From Minisyncoccota bacterium (GTDB taxonomy: Bacteria; Patescibacteriota; Minisyncoccia; Phycocordibacterales; PALSA-1337): 64,000 nucleotides of DNA. The notes under the pieces are model-generated. The model searched no databases. It was given only the letters and a program-made list of their open reading frames with translations, and was not told where the DNA came from. Shown here one piece after another: positions 1-9,276 of the stretch. The translations under genes were made by a program, and so were the position numbers. Each line of letters opens with the position of its first letter. The first letter of the stretch is position 1. The DNA is taken from NCBI GenBank assembly GCA_041665325.1, contig JBAYJB010000001.1, positions 61,824-125,823 of the forward strand. Direction: 5' to 3'.

Positions 1-318
1 TCCACAGGTCACGAAGACCATGTCGGCTCCTTTGACAGCCTCCTGGATCTCATCTCGTGTCTCTTCGGCGGCGCGTCGTCCGATCTCTGGATTCATGCCT
101 GTGCCGAGTCCACGGGTGATATTCTTGCCCATATGGATGCGCTTCTTGGTGAGGGAGCGGTGCAGATCCTGAGCGTCAGTATTGAAAGCGATGAAATCCA
201 CGCCCCTCACCTTGGAGCTGACCATGTGATTGAGGGCATTCTGGCCGGAACCCCCGATGCCGAGGACTTTGATGCGGGCGAAGGCTTCGATGGGAGGGGT
301 GATGTGGGGCATAGGTAG
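1..318 (-). CDS. ftsZ: Cell division GTPase FtsZ, N-terminal part; the gene continues beyond the window start
   Basis: The reverse-complement translation starts [30 protein letters not shown]... This contains the tubulin/FtsZ GGGTGxG-like glycine loop, and the gene sits downstream of ftsA on the same strand. Confidence 0.85.
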
Positions 319-418
319 TGGTTAGACGGCGGTTGATCGGTTAATGATGGTTTTCATATTAGCACATGAAGCACCGGGCGCAATAGCGCCTGTCTGCGCT
401 ATCGGTTATACTGGCCCG

Positions 419-796
419 ATGCGTATATACCTCTGGGCCATGTTCGTCCTCTTCCTGGTCATGGTTGGCAACATCGTCGGGATCACCAATCATCTGTATG
501 TCAGCATCGACTCATACGATATCTTCATGCATATCGCTGGCGGGCTCGGCATCGGCCTATTCGTAGCTGCCGCTCTGGAGCTCCATGCCCCGGGGGTTCT
601 GCGCACGAGGAGTATGGTCATCGGCGCCGTACTTGCTGCTGGGATCGCTTGGGAGCTTTTCGAGGTCTACTATGGGATCGCTGGGGCGCCGCTCGGCACC
701 AAGGCATACTGGGTCGACACGATCAAAGATCTGATCGACGACACCCTGGGAGGGTTCGTCGTAGCTTTCGTCCACGCGAGATTCCGGATGAGATGA
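419..796 (+). CDS. Hypothetical multi-TM membrane protein encoded antisense between ftsA and ftsZ
   Basis: ATG at 419 in frame with the listed ORF 344..796. There are three to four clear hydrophobic helices (MRIYLWAMFVLFLVMVGNIVGI.., IAGGLGIGLFVAAAL.., VIGAVLAAGIAW..). I recognise no homology. Confidence 0.35.
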   Translation: MRIYLWAMFVLFLVMVGNIVGITNHLYVSIDSYDIFMHIAGGLGIGLFVAAALELHAPGVLRTRSMVIGAVLAAGIAWELFEVYYGIAGAPLGTKAYWVDTIKDLIDDTLGGFVVAFVHARFRMR

Positions 797-808
797 ACGG
801 CCGGATCC

Positions 809-1990
809 TCAAGGCAAAAATTGTTTGAACCACCTCACGAGCATCTTCCAGAATTGTTTGATGACTTCCGGCCCGCGGTTGAGCTCCGGCCCGTCCTCGG
901 TAGACATGCCCCAGATGCACAGGCCGTAAGCCACTGCCCAGGTGGCGTCTTTGAACGAGGATTTGCCGTCCGCCGCCCCGATCGAGCCGATGCGGGAAGG
1001 CAGTTTGAGGGCGACCTTGGCCATGGTGCCGATAGCGTTCAAGCTGGAGCCGCCGCCGGTGATGACGATGCCGGCCGGCAGGAGGCCATTCCGGCCGATC
1101 TTCTTGAGATGGGCCTCGATGAGCTCGAAGATGTCCGAGAGCCGCGCGGCCACAATCTCCTCCAGCTTCTTTCTCGGGAATGAACTGCCGGTGATGGCGC
1201 CGATCTTGATCTGTTCGGCTTCTTCGAGCGGGACCTTGAGGCCGAGGGCGATGTCGTTGGTGATGTCGGTCGAGCCGATGGGGAAGACCTCGAGGGAGGT
1301 CGGGATATTGTTCTCGAAGACGGCGATCGAGACCGTCTCGGCGCCGATGTTGGCCAGGATGCATCCGGCGACTTTCTGGCTCTTCGACAGGGTCACGAAG
1401 CCGGCGGCTACGGGCGCGACCATGACATCCTCGACTTCAATACCGGCCTCGTTGACGGCGGCGATCGTGTCGGTCACATGGTGGTCGAGACAGGTGATGA
1501 AGAGCGTCTTCTGTTCGATCTTGTTGCCGGAGAGACCGAGCGGTGAGCCGAGCGCCGGTTCGCCGTCGATCTTGTATTGCAGCGGGATCTCATAGATGAT
1601 CCGGCGGTTGCCGATGGCAGTGCGGGGGATGTCCTTCTCGCTCTGCTCGCGGAGCTTGTCGAGGTCGAGCTCGGTGATCTCGGCATCGGCGCGCGAAGTC
1701 ATGACGCTTGTCGTGACGACCACGCTGCCGAGCCCGATGCCGCCGACGCCGACGAAGGCCTTCTTGACCTTGACTCCAGCCTTGTCCTCGGCGATCTTGA
1801 CGGCCCGACGGATGCTCTCGGACACATCGCGGACATTGGTGATATAGCCGTGGCGTACACCGCGCGACTCGGTCGAAGCGGTGGAGATGGCCTTGGGCAT
1901 GCCGCCGTCGGTGCGCTCGCGCATGTCGACGATGACCACCTTGACGAAGCTGGTCCCGATGTCGATGCCTGTGATGATATTTCTGGCCAT
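809..1990 (-). CDS. ftsA: Cell division protein FtsA (actin-like ATPase)
   Basis: 393 aa with typical FtsA N-terminus MARNIITGIDIGTSFVKVVI and the actin-fold motifs (VGVGGIGLG, IVITGGGS). It lies directly upstream of ftsZ. Confidence 0.9.
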   Translation of the reverse strand: MARNIITGIDIGTSFVKVVIVDMRERTDGGMPKAISTASTESRGVRHGYITNVRDVSESIRRAVKIAEDKAGVKVKKAFVGVGGIGLGSVVVTTSVMTSRADAEITELDLDKLREQSEKDIPRTAIGNRRIIYEIPLQYKIDGEPALGSPLGLSGNKIEQKTLFITCLDHHVTDTIAAVNEAGIEVEDVMVAPVAAGFVTLSKSQKVAGCILANIGAETVSIAVFENNIPTSLEVFPIGSTDITNDIALGLKVPLEEAEQIKIGAITGSSFPRKKLEEIVAARLSDIFELIEAHLKKIGRNGLLPAGIVITGGGSSLNAIGTMAKVALKLPSRIGSIGAADGKSSFKDATWAVAYGLCIWGMSTEDGPELNRGPEVIKQFWKMLVRWFKQFLP

Positions 1991-2371
1991 TTAGATTTTG
2001 AATCGCGCGCGGACTTTGGCTTCTATACGCTCCATTGTAGCGCCATGGTCGTATCCTTTCAAATGGACCAAGCCGTGGATAAAGAGGAAGGGCACGAAAT
2101 TGTCATAGCTCCGGTTGAATTTTTTTGCTTCCGCTCTCGTTGCGGAGGGGCAGATGTAGATCTCGCCGGACTTCCTGGATAGCGGAAAGCTCAAGATGTC
2201 CGTCGGACGGTCCTGGTTGCGATAAATCTTGTTGAGCTTCTTGATGTGCGTGGCTGTGACGATGGTCAAGCCGAGCTCATAATCTTTGCCGAGCACGGCC
2301 TCTTTCATGGCGCGAAAACTCGCGTGAGGGATGCTCGCGCGAGTCTGGTTAGTCATGGAAAAACTGGACAT
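1991..2371 (-). CDS. ybeY: rRNA maturation endoribonuclease YbeY
   Basis: HGLVHLKGYDH zinc-binding motif. The start MSSFSMTNQ.. is preceded by AGGAGA and overlaps the rpsU stop (TAATG). The longer ORF extension to 2707 is low-complexity and is rejected. Confidence 0.8.
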   Translation of the reverse strand: MSSFSMTNQTRASIPHASFRAMKEAVLGKDYELGLTIVTATHIKKLNKIYRNQDRPTDILSFPLSRKSGEIYICPSATRAEAKKFNRSYDNFVPFLFIHGLVHLKGYDHGATMERIEAKVRARFKI

Positions 2372-2619
2372 TATCTCCTGGCGCCTCTTTCCGGAGTGGC
2401 CGGGGCCTTGCCGAGTTTGATCAGTAGGGCCATCTCGGCGCGTCTCTTGAGGGTCTTCAAGGTCTTCTGTTTGACTTTGTATGGCGATTGCTTGCGGCCG
2501 CTGAAGCGGAGGCTCCTCATGCGGGGGATGACTCCGGATGATTGGACTTTCCTCGAAAAGCGGCGGACTACGCCTAGGGCATTCTCGCCTGGGTTGCGGG
2601 TGATCTCGACATTTATCAT
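2371..2619 (-). CDS. rpsU: 30S ribosomal protein S21
   Basis: 82 aa, MINVEITRNPGENALGVVRRFSRKVQSSGV..., basic. This matches the S21 pattern (V.VR..E..ALRRFKR). Confidence 0.75.
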   Translation of the reverse strand: MINVEITRNPGENALGVVRRFSRKVQSSGVIPRMRSLRFSGRKQSPYKVKQKTLKTLKRRAEMALLIKLGKAPATPERGARR

Positions 2620-2860
2620 AGGTTTTCAGGATAACATGGATGGGGGAGGCGTGCAAATAAGTGGCGGCGAATCGGGTCACGGCCCGAACCAGTCGTTTTT
2701 CTCTCAAAAATTTCTAAGACATTTTGCGAAAAACGTTGTCTAGTAACATGGGCTACATAAGGCTCGTTTGAAATTCATAAATATTATGCGACATAAAACA
2801 GGCCTTCAGTTTCTTCGAGGAAAAGAGACATTCCGATGAGGCGGGCAAATCCCTGTTTTG

Positions 2861-2889
2861 TTTACAGATAATAAAGATTCTGCTAGCAT
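2861..2889 (+). promoter_or_regulatory. Putative sigma70-like promoter (TTTACA-N17-TAGCAT) upstream of the Nudix gene
   Basis: Read directly from the sequence. An RBS AAAAGGAG lies 6 nt before the ATG at 2929. Confidence 0.3.
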
Positions 2890-2928
2890 CGCATCAGAAC
2901 AGAAACCTAAAATAAAAAGGAGCATGTC

Positions 2929-3459
2929 ATGCATGAAGCAACAGTATGCCATCTCCTTCGCGGAGATAACGGCAATACAGAAGTGTTGTTGGGAGAAAGA
3001 TCGGGATTATTCGCGAACAATAAGTGGAATGGTCCAGGCGGGAAGCTCAGAGGATCCGAAGGTGTTCGGCATTGTCTCAAAAGAGAGGTCAAGGAGGAAG
3101 TCGGTAGTACGATCGACCTCTCTTCAGTCGAGCATTTTGCCACTGTGGATTTTTACCACAAGTTCCTCATGGAACATCGTCTGGAATGGACGGTCCATTT
3201 TTTGACCGCAACCAGATGGACGGGCGAGCCTAGACCCCTCGATGGTTTCAACCGTCTTGAGTGGTGTCCTTACGATGATCTGCCCTATGATCGGCTGATG
3301 AGCGATCAGATCGCTTGGTTGCCGCTAGCCTTGAGGAGACAGCCAGGTAAATTGCTTCTCGGCGAGATATTCTATGCCGGCGACGAATCTAGCCCTGTCG
3401 AGCGGGGTACATTCAGATTCGTAGATTGGAAAGAGTATGCATTCAAAAGAAGATCTTGA
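2929..3459 (+). CDS. NUDIX hydrolase (MutT-like)
   Basis: Canonical Nudix box GGKLRGSEGVRHCLKREVKEEVG. Confidence 0.8.
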   Translation: MHEATVCHLLRGDNGNTEVLLGERSGLFANNKWNGPGGKLRGSEGVRHCLKREVKEEVGSTIDLSSVEHFATVDFYHKFLMEHRLEWTVHFLTATRWTGEPRPLDGFNRLEWCPYDDLPYDRLMSDQIAWLPLALRRQPGKLLLGEIFYAGDESSPVERGTFRFVDWKEYAFKRRS

Positions 3460-3498
3460 GTCACAGAGAAGGTTGTTCGAGCCTTCTCTTTTTGTTAT

Positions 3499-4770
3499 CT
3501 ATTTCCCCCAAAACGTCTTCTCGACCTTCTTCATATAATCAGCCAACTTCTCGAGCGGCACGACATCCTGCGAATAGGTGTCCACCTTGCGGACGATGGC
3601 GGTCTTGTCCATGGCCTCCTTCTTGCCCATGACGATGACATACGGGGTGTGATATCGCTCAACGGAAGAGACTTGAGCTCCGAGACGGTCTTTGGCGAGC
3701 GATAGGTAGAGGGGGATCTTGGCGAGGCGCAGCTGCTCCACAACCTGCAGGGAAGCAAGCTTTGATTCGCTGCCGAGTTGCACGAACGAAGCGATCGGGC
3801 GCTTGATCTTCTTGACAGTGTCGCGCAAATTCTGGTTGTTGCTCTTGATGAGGAGTGCCAAGCCGACGCCCTGGGTATCGCGGCGCAGTTCCAGCCTCTT
3901 GGCCAAGCCGTTGTATCGGACACCGATCCCCAGGATGTGGCTAGTCGATTTCGCCCCGGCCCCGGCGACGATAGCAAAGATCGTCTCCGTGCAGTATGAG
4001 CGATTGCCGATCAGGCCATTGTTGATGCTGTATGGGATGTTCAACTTCTCGAGATATTCTAGGACCTCCTCGAGGTGCCGGCGGCTGCCTTCCGAAAGGA
4101 AATCCATGGATCTCGGAGCGTGCTCATTGAGGGCCTTGCATCCGGCGTCGCGCGACGACAGGAGCTCGAATGGGTCGCGCTTGAGGATCTGGCGGCACTC
4201 CGGGCTCATGTCATTGATATGTTTGCGATAATAGCCGGTCAGCTCCCGGGTGAACCTGGTGATCGAATCGCGGTCGCCGACGCTATTGATCTCGACGGCC
4301 GTCTCCAGGTAGCCCTCTTCGGCGAGCATGGCTCGGCCAGCCTGGATGAGGGTGGCTTCGGCGATTGGCCCGGAAGTCCCCATGATCTCGAGATCGGCAT
4401 AACGATGGCAACCGGAGCGCTTGGTGGCGCCGCGATGCGGATCCTTGAAATAGAGGAGGACCGGCTGGGACCTGTCTTGCCACTTCTCACTCTCATATGT
4501 ACGGATCAGGGCAATCTTCTCCTCGACTCGCAAGGGCAGTCGTCCGTGGTCCTCGGTCTCATCGTCGACGAAGTCGCTATCGATGATACCCCGTGCGGCT
4601 TCAAGGTCGGCCTTCTCGATGGCCGGACTCTTGATCGGAGTGAATCCGTAATAGACCGCCACCTCGCCGATCTTGTCTAGATGTTCCACCGGCAAGAATT
4701 TAGAAGAAGCCGCCCGTGCGGCCTTCCTCTTTCTCACTAAAGAAGCATTGTTATTTGGTTTGGTCTTCAT
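3499..4770 (-). CDS. hisS: Histidyl-tRNA synthetase
   Basis: 423 aa with class II aaRS motifs and a HisRS-like anticodon-binding C-terminus (e.g. RYDLTVPLARY-like LPLRVEEKIALIRTYE..GRQ). Confidence 0.85.
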   Translation of the reverse strand: MKTKPNNNASLVRKRKAARAASSKFLPVEHLDKIGEVAVYYGFTPIKSPAIEKADLEAARGIIDSDFVDDETEDHGRLPLRVEEKIALIRTYESEKWQDRSQPVLLYFKDPHRGATKRSGCHRYADLEIMGTSGPIAEATLIQAGRAMLAEEGYLETAVEINSVGDRDSITRFTRELTGYYRKHINDMSPECRQILKRDPFELLSSRDAGCKALNEHAPRSMDFLSEGSRRHLEEVLEYLEKLNIPYSINNGLIGNRSYCTETIFAIVAGAGAKSTSHILGIGVRYNGLAKRLELRRDTQGVGLALLIKSNNQNLRDTVKKIKRPIASFVQLGSESKLASLQVVEQLRLAKIPLYLSLAKDRLGAQVSSVERYHTPYVIVMGKKEAMDKTAIVRKVDTYSQDVVPLEKLADYMKKVEKTFWGK

Positions 4771-5365
4771 GGTATTGGCCGGGGATCACCGCAAAGCTGT
4801 TTATCGGGATCAGTCGTACGATCGGCCGGCCGACGATGAACTTCTCGTCGAGAGGCCCCCAGACGCGGGAGTCGGAGCTCTGATTGCGGTTGTCGCCCAT
4901 AACGAAGTATTCGGTAGAGCCGAGCTTCGTGCCCGGCAGGGTCTCATGTGAATCATGGACGGCTTGGATATACGGTTCGGTCAAGGTCTTGGCCGCAGGT
5001 GCCGTCGAAGTTGCGGTGGACGATTCGGTGATGCTCACTTGGCCATCTTGTAAGCTCACAGTCTCACCGGGCAGGCCGATGATACGCTTGATATAGTAGA
5101 CACTCGGATTGTTGGGATATTCGAAAACGATGACATCGCCCCTTTGCGGCGCCTTGAAGTCATAGGTCAGACGGTCGACGATCAAGAATTGGCCGGAGGA
5201 GAAGGTCGGATCCATGGAAGCGCCGTTGACTACGAACGGTTCGGCGATGAAGTAGCGCACGGGTAGGGCGATCAGGAGGGCGACGACGATGACTTGGACC
5301 CATTCGCGCACATTGTGCCAAAATCCGGTCTTTTTCTGTGTCCCCTGGCCGTCTTCTAGCTGCAT
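4751..5365 (-). CDS. lepB: Signal peptidase I
   Basis: N-terminal TM segment, catalytic Ser region (NGASMDPTF) and GDNRNQSSDSR box. Confidence 0.85.
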   Translation of the reverse strand: MQLEDGQGTQKKTGFWHNVREWVQVIVVALLIALPVRYFIAEPFVVNGASMDPTFSSGQFLIVDRLTYDFKAPQRGDVIVFEYPNNPSVYYIKRIIGLPGETVSLQDGQVSITESSTATSTAPAAKTLTEPYIQAVHDSHETLPGTKLGSTEYFVMGDNRNQSSDSRVWGPLDEKFIVGRPIVRLIPINSFAVIPGQYHEDQTK

Positions 5366-5419
5366 AGTGGAGGCATTGTAGTCCTAATCTCCGATCGATG
5401 CAAGTTTTTGTATGTCATG

Positions 5420-5532
5420 TGGTGAGAATGGAGAAGTTGTTGAGGAGCACGGATATTTTCCTGCTGGAAAATTCCTCGTGCTCGCGCCAGTCGCGCTCGC
5501 AAGTCTCCTCAACAATTTCTCCATTCTCACCA
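5420..5532. repeat. Variable-stem/conserved-core palindromic element, copy 1 (28-bp arm + 56-bp core + 29-bp arm)
   Basis: The core CACGGATATTTTCCTGCTGGAAAATTCCTCGTGCTCGCGCCAGTCGCGCTCGCAAG is shared with 25742..25854 and 30941..31051. The arms TGGTGAGAATGGAGAAGTTGTTGAGGAG and CTCCTCAACAATTTCTCCATTCTCACCA are reverse complements except for one G/T position. Confidence 0.8.
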
Positions 5533-5558
5533 TTCTGCTTCCATGATAGACTTTTGCT

Positions 5559-6176
5559 ATGACTCACATCATCGTAGGGCTCGGTAATCCTGGAGAAGAA
5601 TACGAAACCACTCGGCACAATGTCGGGCGCATCGTCCTCGACTACATCCGTAAGCAGTTGGGTGATGAAGACTTCGTCTTCGACAAGAAGCTCAACGCTC
5701 TGGTAGCCGAAGGTAAGGCGGGGAAGGAGAAGATGGTTCTGGTTGCGCCGGAAACATTCATGAATAATTCCGGCAAGGCCGTCGGTCAGCTCATCAAGAA
5801 CAAGAAGGCCATGCCTGCCGGCAGGCAGGCCGCCGAGCGTCTCGTAGTCATATACGACGACTTCCAGCTGCCGATCGGCCGCATGAAGATCTCTTACAAC
5901 AAGAGCTCCGGTGGACACAATGGACTCGAGTCGATCATCAAGGCAGTCAAGACCGAAGCCTTCCCGCGTATCCGTATCGGTACAGCTCCGGCTAACTCGA
6001 AGGGCGATGCCAAGATACCGCACGGCGATGACAAGATCGAAAAGTTCATCTTGGGCAAATTCAAACCAGACGAGATCAAGGAGATAAAGAAAATAGCCAA
6101 GCTGGCTAGCGAAGCTGTAGAGATGATCGTCACAGAAGGCCGGGAGAAGGCGATGAGCGTATTCAACGGGAAGTAG
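5559..6176 (+). CDS. pth: Peptidyl-tRNA hydrolase
   Basis: MTHIIVGLGNPGEEYETTRHNVG is the Pth signature. Confidence 0.9.
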   Translation: MTHIIVGLGNPGEEYETTRHNVGRIVLDYIRKQLGDEDFVFDKKLNALVAEGKAGKEKMVLVAPETFMNNSGKAVGQLIKNKKAMPAGRQAAERLVVIYDDFQLPIGRMKISYNKSSGGHNGLESIIKAVKTEAFPRIRIGTAPANSKGDAKIPHGDDKIEKFILGKFKPDEIKEIKKIAKLASEAVEMIVTEGREKAMSVFNGK

Positions 6177-6199
6177 CAGGGAAGGCAAAAATCAGCAAT

Positions 6200-6231
6200 A
6201 AAAAAACGGGGGTCCCACAAGCGGACCCCCG
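6200..6231 (-). terminator. Intrinsic terminator (hairpin CGGGGGTCC..GGACCCCCG followed by T7 on the minus strand)
   Basis: The A7 tract on the plus strand corresponds to a U-tract on the minus strand. It lies about 290 nt downstream of the rpsA stop. Confidence 0.55.
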
Positions 6232-6522
6232 TAACCACTATACGGAACAACCAAACAGAAGATGATATAGAAGAACTTGAGAGGGGGACACCGGAGGCAG
6301 GATTTCGCGTCTCTGCCTCCGGGTCATGGCCAGCGGAGAAAAGGTCTCCCGCGGCGCTTCACCCTGTGCTCGCCGACGCGACGGAGTCGTGTCGTGATGG
6401 GCCCGGTGTCGTGAACACGGGCGGGTTGGTAGACCCCTGTCGAGCGGCTAGCTACGGACAATATACACCCTGACTCTAAAATAGTCAAGTCCTTGCCGCG
6501 CCTGTACCAGGCTGTATATCGG
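6232..6522 (-). ncRNA. GC-rich highly structured region between the rpsA stop and the distal terminator; candidate ncRNA or long structured 3'UTR
   Basis: Multiple hairpins (CCGGAGGCAG..CTGCCTCCGG; GCCCGGTGTCG..CACGGGC). The listed ORFs here (6324..6653) are low-complexity. I could find no match to RNase P, SRP or tmRNA motifs. Confidence 0.2.
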
Positions 6523-7779
6523 CTATTTCTCGCCGGTGTAGGATAGAGCCATCTTCTGGTCCTTGGGGTCAAAAAGGGTGATCTTGAAGGGATAGGTCTT
6601 GCCGAGCTCGAGAGACTTACGGAGCTTCTCCTCGGAGCCGAATTCCGAGACATGGACCAGGCCGGCTACGCCTTCCTCGACTGAGGCGAGCGCACCGTGC
6701 TTGTTGAACTTGATGATCACGCCGGTGACGGACATATCTTTCCTGTACTTGGAAGCGGCTTCGAGCCACGGGTTCGGCTTGAGCTGTTTGATGGAGAGGG
6801 AGATCTTGCCGTCCTTGATCTCGATGATCTTGGTGCGGATCTTTAGGCCCGTCTTCACGAAGTTGTGAGGATTATCCACGAGGCCCCAATCGATCTCGGA
6901 GATATGGACGAGGCCTTCGAGCCCCTCCTCGAGCTTGACGAAGACGCCGAAGTCCACGACGCCGGTGACTTGACCATCGACCTCATCGCCGATCTCGTAT
7001 TTGCTGACGATCTGCTCCTTTTCTTTGTGCTCGGAGCCCTTCTCGGAGAAGATGAGCTTGCCTTCCTTGGGGTCGGCCGTGATGATCTGGAGCGCCAGAC
7101 GGGTGCCGACGAGCTTTTTGAGCTCTTCGAGGATCTTGTCCTTGTCGCCGTCAGAAACGCGCGGATAATGCTCGGCCTTGAGCTGGGATGCCGGCAAGAA
7201 ACCGACGATGCCCTGCCATTCGACGAGCAAGCCGCCCTTGTTGGCTTCCTTGACCGGCAGATCGAGTGTGCGCTTCTCGCGGATAGCGGCTTCGGCCTCA
7301 TTCCAGATGAGGGCCTGGCGTGCTTCCTTGAGGGAAAGTTCGAAGTAGCCCTCCTTGTGAGTGTCGTCGACGATCTTGGCGGCTACGGTGTCGCCGATAT
7401 TGATCTTCTTGATGACATCGCGGGCGATGATGTATTCGCGGCCGTAGATGATGCCGGTGCCGAACGGTGCGAGGTCGATATAGACGGAAGCCTTGTCGAG
7501 AGCGATGACCGGGCCTTCGACCAAGTCGCCGATGGCCGGCGGATTCTTCATGGCTAGGATGAGAGGAGCCATGGGGCTGGCCTTCTGGGCGTCGGTAAAT
7601 TCCGGCTCGTCCTTCTTGACGGCCGGTTTGCTAGGGTCTCTTGGTTCTTTGATAACAGTCTTCTTGGCGTCTTCTTTGGCTTGTTCTGGCTTGATGGTAG
7701 CTTCCGAGGTTATCTTGCTTGGCGCGGCTTGCTCGGCCTCTTTGTGGCCGGTGAGGGTCTCTTTGAGTTTTTTGAACAT
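6523..7779 (-). CDS. rpsA: 30S ribosomal protein S1 (four S1 domains)
   Basis: 418 aa with repeated S1-domain patterns (G.V.G.V..I...G.FV.L..G..GL.H.SE). Confidence 0.9.
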   Translation of the reverse strand: MFKKLKETLTGHKEAEQAAPSKITSEATIKPEQAKEDAKKTVIKEPRDPSKPAVKKDEPEFTDAQKASPMAPLILAMKNPPAIGDLVEGPVIALDKASVYIDLAPFGTGIIYGREYIIARDVIKKINIGDTVAAKIVDDTHKEGYFELSLKEARQALIWNEAEAAIREKRTLDLPVKEANKGGLLVEWQGIVGFLPASQLKAEHYPRVSDGDKDKILEELKKLVGTRLALQIITADPKEGKLIFSEKGSEHKEKEQIVSKYEIGDEVDGQVTGVVDFGVFVKLEEGLEGLVHISEIDWGLVDNPHNFVKTGLKIRTKIIEIKDGKISLSIKQLKPNPWLEAASKYRKDMSVTGVIIKFNKHGALASVEEGVAGLVHVSEFGSEEKLRKSLELGKTYPFKITLFDPKDQKMALSYTGEK

Positions 7780-7942
7780 AATTTGTTCCGCGCGCCGGCC
7801 TCTGGGTTATGATAAAGAGGGCGGGATGACGCGGACTGGTTAAATAAGGAACTGGGAGACTATAGCGTATTATTGGCAGATTGTCTATTGCTGGGTTCCA
7901 GTAACCGGTTATCGGCGGCTATTACTCCCGTCAACTTCTCTG

Positions 7943-7965
7943 AAGTGACCGGAAAGTGGTCACTT
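7943..7965. promoter_or_regulatory. Perfect 8-bp inverted repeat AAGTGACC-N7-GGTCACTT in the divergent rpsA/MBL intergenic region, possibly an operator
   Basis: Palindrome read directly from the sequence. Confidence 0.2.
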
Positions 7966-8000
7966 TGAGGAAGGAGCAAGAAGGGTATCTATCACTGGGC

Positions 8001-8067
8001 CGTACTACTAGACCATACTTTTCATGTTTTGACTTAGAAATTTTTGAGCACCGGAGACATGCCACCT
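8001..8067 (+). repeat. Conserved intergenic motif, copy A (GACCATACTTTTCATGTTTTGACTTAGAAATTTTTGAGCACCGGAGACATGCCACC)
   Basis: Near-identical blocks occur at 9104..9160 and 49241..49314, with a partial copy at 17824..17850. Confidence 0.6.
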
Positions 8068-8158
8068 ACGCAAAAAATCAATAATAATCAAATCACCCCC
8101 CACCCCTTATTTGATTTATTCATTGAAACAGTCACGGTTCTTTGCTATGCTCGACTCA

Positions 8159-8790
8159 TGATCATCACCTATCTCGGCGGAGAATTCGTCAAAGTGCAGT
8201 TTGGGGACACCATCCTAGCCTTCAACCCAGTTTCCAAGGACTCGAAACTGCCGACCGCTAAGTTCGGGGCCGATATCGTGCTCTCCAGTCTCAACCATCC
8301 TGATATGAATGGCGTGGACCAAGTCTCATTCGGGGACAAGAAGGCCTTCGCGGTCACGGGCCCCGGCGAGTTCGAGATCAAGGGCGTCTTCATCAAGGGT
8401 CTGGCCTCCGAGTCTGGCTACGACGGCGAAAAGAGGATCAACACCATCTTCACGGTCGCCCTCGAGGGCATGAATATCTGCTATCTCGGCGCGGTCAACC
8501 AAGCAGAATTGCCGACGGAGGCCGATGAAGCCATCGACGGAGTCGACATCCTGTTCGTCCCGATCGGCGGCGATGGTGTGCTCGATCCGGCCAAGGCCTA
8601 CAAGCTCGCTGTCTCCATCGGTCCCAAGATCATCATTCCCATCCACTACGGAGATATGGGTGCCAAGGACTCTCTCAAGGTATTCCTCAAGGAGGCTGGG
8701 GAGAACCCCAAGCCCGAGGCCAAGTTGACCATCAGGAAGAAGGACCTGGAAGGGAAGGATGCCGATGTGGTGGTGCTCGAGAAGGAGTAG
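8159..8790 (+). CDS. MBL-fold metal-dependent hydrolase (UPF0173-like)
   Basis: MIITYLGGEFVKVQFGDTILAFNP.. N-terminus is typical of this family. The ORF-track start at 8044 lies inside the conserved motif and is rejected. Confidence 0.65.
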
Positions 8791-8802
8791 TATAATACCC
8801 GT

Positions 8803-9099
8803 ATGGCTATCGAAGCATATCTAGACAACCTCCGCACCAAGCCAGAGCATGTCCGCCGCCGTTTCGCTTTCTGGTGGGCGCTGGCTCTGACCGCGCTCAT
8901 CGCGATCTTCTGGTTCGGTTCGATCACCGGTTTCAGTTTGAGCAAGAATGCGGCCGTCGCCTCGGCTACCCAAAAGATCTCTTCTCCCAGTGCCGCTCTG
9001 GTAGCGGGGATCGGCTCGCTCGGCAAGGATGTCTGGGAGCTGGTCTTCGGACCGAAGAAGGTGGTCTATTCCGAAGTGGAGGTTCTGCCGGGGAAGTAA
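8803..9099 (+). CDS. Small hypothetical membrane protein
   Basis: 98 aa with one strong TM (FAFWWALALTALIAIFWFGSI). Confidence 0.35.
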   Translation: MAIEAYLDNLRTKPEHVRRRFAFWWALALTALIAIFWFGSITGFSLSKNAAVASATQKISSPSAALVAGIGSLGKDVWELVFGPKKVVYSEVEVLPGK

Positions 9100-9103
9100 C
9101 GAT

Positions 9104-9160
9104 ACCGTCTACATTACTGGACCATACTTTTGTGGTTTTGACTTAGAAATTTTGTGGAGA
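9104..9160 (+). repeat. Conserved intergenic motif, copy B
   Basis: CTGGACCATACTTTTGTGGTTTTGACTTAGAAATTTTGTGGAG. Confidence 0.6.
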
Positions 9161-9237
9161 AAATAGAACTCTGCCGACAACCCTTTATTTGAAAAGTATT
9201 TTAATAAAGCTTTCTCTCAAAACTCGCTAAAACCCCA

Positions 9238-9266
9238 TTGCAAAACACGCCATTTTTTGCTATAAT
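9238..9266 (+). promoter_or_regulatory. Consensus-like sigma70 promoter TTGCAA-N17-TATAAT for gyrA
   Basis: The -10 ends 10 nt before the gyrA ATG at 9277 and there is no SD, which implies a near-leaderless mRNA. Confidence 0.55.
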
Positions 9267-9276
9267 TGTCTGACGA

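Noticed and set aside
723-1595. ORFs 723..1364 (-), 821..1183 (+), 942..1595 (+) and 1474..1686 (-) overlapping ftsA
   Set aside because: All are alternative-frame or antisense reading frames inside the well-supported ftsA gene, with Arg/Pro/Ser-rich low-complexity translations typical of GC-rich antisense frames.
2372-2707. Long N-terminal extension of the ybeY ORF (listed as 1991..2707)
   Set aside because: The extension is Pro/Arg-rich low complexity and is covered in another frame by a convincing S21 (rpsU) gene. The ybeY start at 2371 has an AGGAGA site and the classic TAATG stop/start overlap.
6324-6653. ORF 6324..6653 (-) in the pth-rpsA intergenic region
   Set aside because: Arg/Ser/Pro-rich and overlapping the rpsA 3' end. 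The region is better explained as structured RNA or a 3'UTR.
8044-8158. Upstream start (8044) for the MBL-fold hydrolase
   Set aside because: The first 38 codons fall inside the conserved intergenic motif shared with two non-coding loci. The MIITYLGG.. start at 8159 matches the family N-terminus.
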